From the NCBI GenBank assembly GCA_012862495.1, contig BLSG01000102.1, forward strand, positions 9,447-73,446: a DNA stretch of 64,000 bases, in the 5' to 3' direction. Below are positions 60,025-64,000 of the stretch, in pieces. Under the pieces are notes generated by a model. The model did not search any database, was not told where the DNA came from, and saw only the letters and a program-made list of their open reading frames with translations. Position 1 is the stretch's first letter; each line of letters opens with the position of its first letter. The stretch is from Thraustochytrium aureum. Taxonomy: Eukaryota. The translations under genes and the position numbers were made by a program.

Positions 60025-60930
60025 CCACGAAAACAAATCCAACCTGATTTTCGCGCCCCGTCCCGACCAACAGCGTCGCTATCCACCGCGGCCGACATCG
60101 GCAGGCCGGCGCGCGTCCCTGCCACGCAAGCAGGCGTCGCTCGTGCCGCGCAACATCTCGCCCCACCATCATCCATCATCCATCCATCCATCCATCCATC
60201 TCCACACCCGCACATCCAGCACGGCACGTACGTATCAGACCAGCGCCATCCGCCGGGCGCAACAAGCAGCCTTGCCAGCCTGCGCGCGCCCGACGGGGGG
60301 CAGTCCCATCGCNNNNNNNNNNNNNNNNNNNNNNNNNNNNNNNNNNNNNNNNNNNNNNNNNNNNNNNNNNNNNNNNNNNNNNNNNNNNNNNNNNNNNNNN
60401 NNNNNNNNNNNNNNNNNNNNNNNNNNNNNNNNNNNNNNNNNNNNNNNNNNNNNNNNNNNNNNNNNNNNNNNNNNNNNNNNNNNNNNNNNNNNNNNNNNNN
60501 NNNNNNNNNNNNNNNNNNNNNNNNNNNNNNNNNNNNNNNNNNNNNNNNNNNNNNNNNNNNNNNNNNNNNNNNNNNNNNNNNNNNNNNNNNNNNNNNNNNN
60601 NNNNNNNNNNNNNNNNNNNNNNNNNNNNNNNNNNNNNNNNNNNNNNNNNNNNNNNNNNNNNNNNNNNNNNNNNNNNNNNNNNNNNNNNNNNNNNNNNNNN
60701 NNNNNNNNNNNNNNNNNNNNNNNNNNNNNNNNNNNNNNNNNNNNNNNNNNNNNNNNNNNNNNNNNNNNNNNNNNNNNNNNNNNNNNNNNNNNNNNNNNNN
60801 NNNNNNNNNNNNNNNNNNNNNNNNNNNNNNNNNNNNNNNNNNNNNNNNNNNNNNNNNNNNNNNNNNNNNNNNNNNNNNNNNNNNNNNNNNNNNNNNNNNN
60901 NNNNNNNNNNNNNNNNNNNNNNNNNNNNTG

Positions 60931-62120
60931 GTCGGCGAAGGCACGTTCGGAAGCGTCTGGAAGGCCAGGCACCGGCGCTCGGGCGACCTGGTGGCGATCA
61001 AAGTCATCCCCGTCGAGGAGGACGCCGCCGAGCTCGAGGAAGAGATCGACATCCTGAAGCGGTGCGAAAGCGCGATGGTCGTAGAGTATCTCGGCACCTA
61101 CGAGAAAGAAGACACCGTGTGGATCGTCATGGAGTACTGCGAGGCCGGCTCGGTGGCCGACATGATGAACTACTGCAAGATCACGCTGGACGAGGAGGCG
61201 ATCAAACACGTTGCCGCCTCCGTGCTGCTCGGCCTCGAGTACCTGCACTCCGAAAACCTGATCCACCGTGACATCAAGGCGGGCAACATTCTCCTGTCAA
61301 AGTCTGGACAGACCAAGCTGGCTGATTTCGGCGTCGCAGCTCGCCTGACAACGATGCGGTCCAAGCGCGAGACGATGACCGGGGCCCCGTTCTGGATGGC
61401 CCCGGAGGTGATGCAAGAGACCAGGTACGGGAGCAAGGCCGACATTTGGAGCCTCGGCATCACGATTTTAGAGATGGCGCAAGGCAAGCCCCCGCACCAC
61501 CACATCCACCCGCTGCGCGTCGTTTTTGTTATTCCCGCCAAGCCGCCGCCGACGCTTGACAACCCCGACGAGTGGTCGCCGGACATGAGCGACTTTCTCT
61601 CGCTCTGCCTTGTCAAGGACCCCGAGCAACGCAAGTCGGCGAGTGAGCTCATGTCCCACCCCTTTGTGGCGGACTCGCTCAGCCTCTTGGCGAGCAAAGA
61701 CCTCAAGTCGCCGCTTCTCGCCGCGCTCGTCGACAAGCACCTGCCCATGATCGAGGCGGCGCGCATGGACCAGCGGAGCGGATTCAGCGAGGGCTCGACC
61801 ATTCCGTCGAGCATGCACAGCACGCTGAAGACCTCGATCTCGACAACGTGAGTGCTTGTGATTGAGGGGGCCGTGGCGACCGAGCGTGGCTCGCGCTTCT
61901 TGCCGGCCGAACCACGCGTGTAGCACCACCATCCATCCACTCAGCCGCGAAATAACCTACCTTTGTATGTGTACTTACGTCGCATCGCACTCCACTTGCC
62001 ACTGTTGCCAGAGCCGGGGCGCATTACAAGCACCACGCCCGTGCGCACGCGGGGCGGGAGGCGGGAGGCGGGCCGAGGCGTTTCGTGCCAGGACGTCGCC
62101 CTGCAGCAGCAACACCTTGA
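60931..62120 (+). CDS. STE20-family Ser/Thr kinase (MST/GCK-like); 5' end in gap; intron ~61848-62010
   Basis: GEGTFGSVWKA, VAIK, HRDIKAGNILL, DFG, GAPFWMAPEV, KADIWSLGIT.LEMA.GKPP. Confidence 0.93.
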
Positions 62121-62462
62121 AGACACCAAACTACAAGACACCAGGTCCGTCGCGCACGTTCGCACGACGGTGCGTGCAACCGGGCTGTGGGGGCCGTCCA
62201 GCGTGGGCCGCGGCTTTGCAAGCCCTCTCGGCTCGCATCATCGGGGGCCATTTCGAGCTGCCGAGTGCTCGGTATGGGCGAAGGGCGCTCGCCAAGGTGA
62301 CCGTTGAGGCTCCACCAGGCAGGCGCCCAGCAGAGCCGCAAAGGCGTGGCGCGCGTCGCGGCTGAGCAGAGCGCTCTACCCTTGGACGAGGCGTCGCGGA
62401 ATCTTGCCTCGGAGGCGCTTGCCGGAACCGCCAAGGACGGCCGGCCCGAAGAGTTGGACGAG

Positions 62463-64000
62463 ATGGGCGGGGCGGCCTCAGCGCACGCCGAGCTCGAGCA
62501 GATGGTGGCCTGCACGTTTCTGCTCGGGCAGGCGCTGAGCCGCGCGTTTCCTGACATCTATTCGCTCAACGACTTTCACGCGAACAAGGGTAAGTGCGAG
62601 GGTTGTGGGCCGAAGGGCGTGCGCGAGTAGTTTGTTTGTCTTGCCGCTGACTTCGACGGGCGCGCCGAGCGCGGCTGGTCTCGAGTAGAAAAGCTCCACC
62701 GCCAAATTCAGCGCGAGCACCAGAAGAACCTAGCAAAGATGCAGCGGAGCGTGCCGATGGTCTTTCTCGGGCCGGACGGGACGGTGACGCCGATCCAGTT
62801 TGTGGACGAAAACGGCAACCCCATCGGCGAGGACGCCTCAACGGCCGGCAAGCTGCTCCAGGACGGCGAAGACGGCAGCAACGCTGGAGAGGAAGCGGAG
62901 GAGCAAGAGGGCTCGGAGGACGACGACGATGTCCCGCTTGACCAGTGCCTCGTGGTCCTGTACCAGGGGCGGCAAGTTCCGCTCCGGCTTGACAGCCTCG
63001 ACGAGGCCAATCAGGACGGATGGAACGTGCTCCACGCGAGCTGCCACCAGCAAGCCGCCGCAGAGGCTGCCGCTAAGATCATCAGCGAGTTCCAGGCGCG
63101 CGGACTCAGCTTGGAGGCCAAGACCAAGCGCGGGCCCGGCACCTACGCAGCAGAGTGGACCGCGCTGCACATGGCCTGCGCGTACGGGATCAAAGCCACG
63201 GCAGAGCGGCTGATCCAAGCCGGGGCCGACGTGAACGCGACAAACTCGACGGGGTGGATGCCGCTCCACGAGGCAGTGCATCGCGGCTACGTGGAGATTG
63301 CTCAGCTGCTGCTCGAGTCCGGGGCGAATGCGAACGAGTTGATCCCCTCAAGCATGATTGCGCCGTACCACCCGCAATACCCGCTGGCGCACGCGTGCAG
63401 ACAGGGCCACACTGCCATTGTACGGGCTCTGCTGAAGGGCGGCGCCAGCATTGACGCACAAAACGAAGGCGGGTGGTCCGCGCTGCACGAAAGTGTATTC
63501 TTCCGCCACGAGGAGTGCGTCAAGACCCTCATCTCGCACGGGTGCGACCTGGCGCTCCAAACGAGCCAGGGATTCACCGTGATGGACTTTGAGTCCACGC
63601 CGTCGATCCGCGAGGCGCTCGTGGAGGCTGCCCCGCCCGGGCTAAAGCCACGCGAAAAGCCAGAGCAAGGCGCGGCGGCCGCGTCCACTTGGACGCAGGA
63701 GCCCGCCTCCAACAGGGGGCGCGCCGGAGGAGAGCAAGTCTTGCTCGTCCGACGATCCCCGGGGGAGACTGGCCGTGCGAGGATGACGGCCAGGAGGCTG
63801 CGCGCGAGGGCAGAGAGGAGAAGTCTGGTGGGGTCAAGCCAGTGTACCGGCTGTTGGGCGAGCTGCCCGACTTTAAGGCCAACTCTTTCATGCAGTCGGT
63901 GAGCTCTGCCCCTGTGCAGCGCGGCGAAGGGGACGAGGAGGACTCGGAGGAAGCCAAGGAAGCTCGCCGCAGGCGGATCGCCAAGCGCCAGGAAATGCGC
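62463..64000 (+). CDS. Ankyrin-repeat protein (intron ~62590-62688; continues beyond the window)
   Basis: GWNVLH, WTALHMAC, GWMPLHEA, YPLAHAC, GWSALHES; spliced HANK|EKLHRQ junction; frameshift near 63720. Confidence 0.85.

Noticed and set aside
60931..64000. STE20 kinase-ankyrin fusion
   Set aside because: The most plausible splice (61848-62010) ends the kinase at TGA 62118-62120, and the ankyrin gene has its own ATG at 62463.

Overview
GC-rich, gene-dense eukaryotic nuclear scaffold from a draft assembly with many N-gaps. It has short GT-AG introns with CTGAC branch points and tetranucleotide microsatellites. Gene content and style suggest a heterotrophic stramenopile, possibly a thraustochytrid (inference only). 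About 27 protein-coding genes are visible: diphosphomevalonate decarboxylase, an ABCC transporter, Tctex-1, an LRR/CCHCR1-like protein, two DENN proteins, an SDR, a double hot-dog thioesterase, HPRT, exportin-6, a large IQ/Sfi1-like/ankyrin/coiled-coil protein, a HOP1-like HORMA protein, a GT4 glycosyltransferase, a class C GPCR, an alpha/beta hydrolase, a GLG1-repeat protein, a thioredoxin-fold protein, a FetB-FetA ABC fusion, a PDZ-PA protein, an M20 peptidase, a SlyD-FKBP12 fusion, two Cys-rich membrane paralogues, an STE20 kinase and an ankyrin protein. Many genes carry single-base frameshifts, mostly at homopolymers, which look like sequencing errors. No rRNA, tRNA, CRISPR array or intact transposon was recognised. 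The best novelty candidates are the class C GPCR with three tandem ~175-205 aa Cys/His extracellular repeats, the head-to-head pair of 8-Cys two-TM proteins, the single-chain FetB-FetA transporter, the SlyD+FKBP12 fusion, and a TATTGA-N3-TCAATA palindrome shared by two divergent promoters. All family calls come from motif recognition by eye; no database searches were run.
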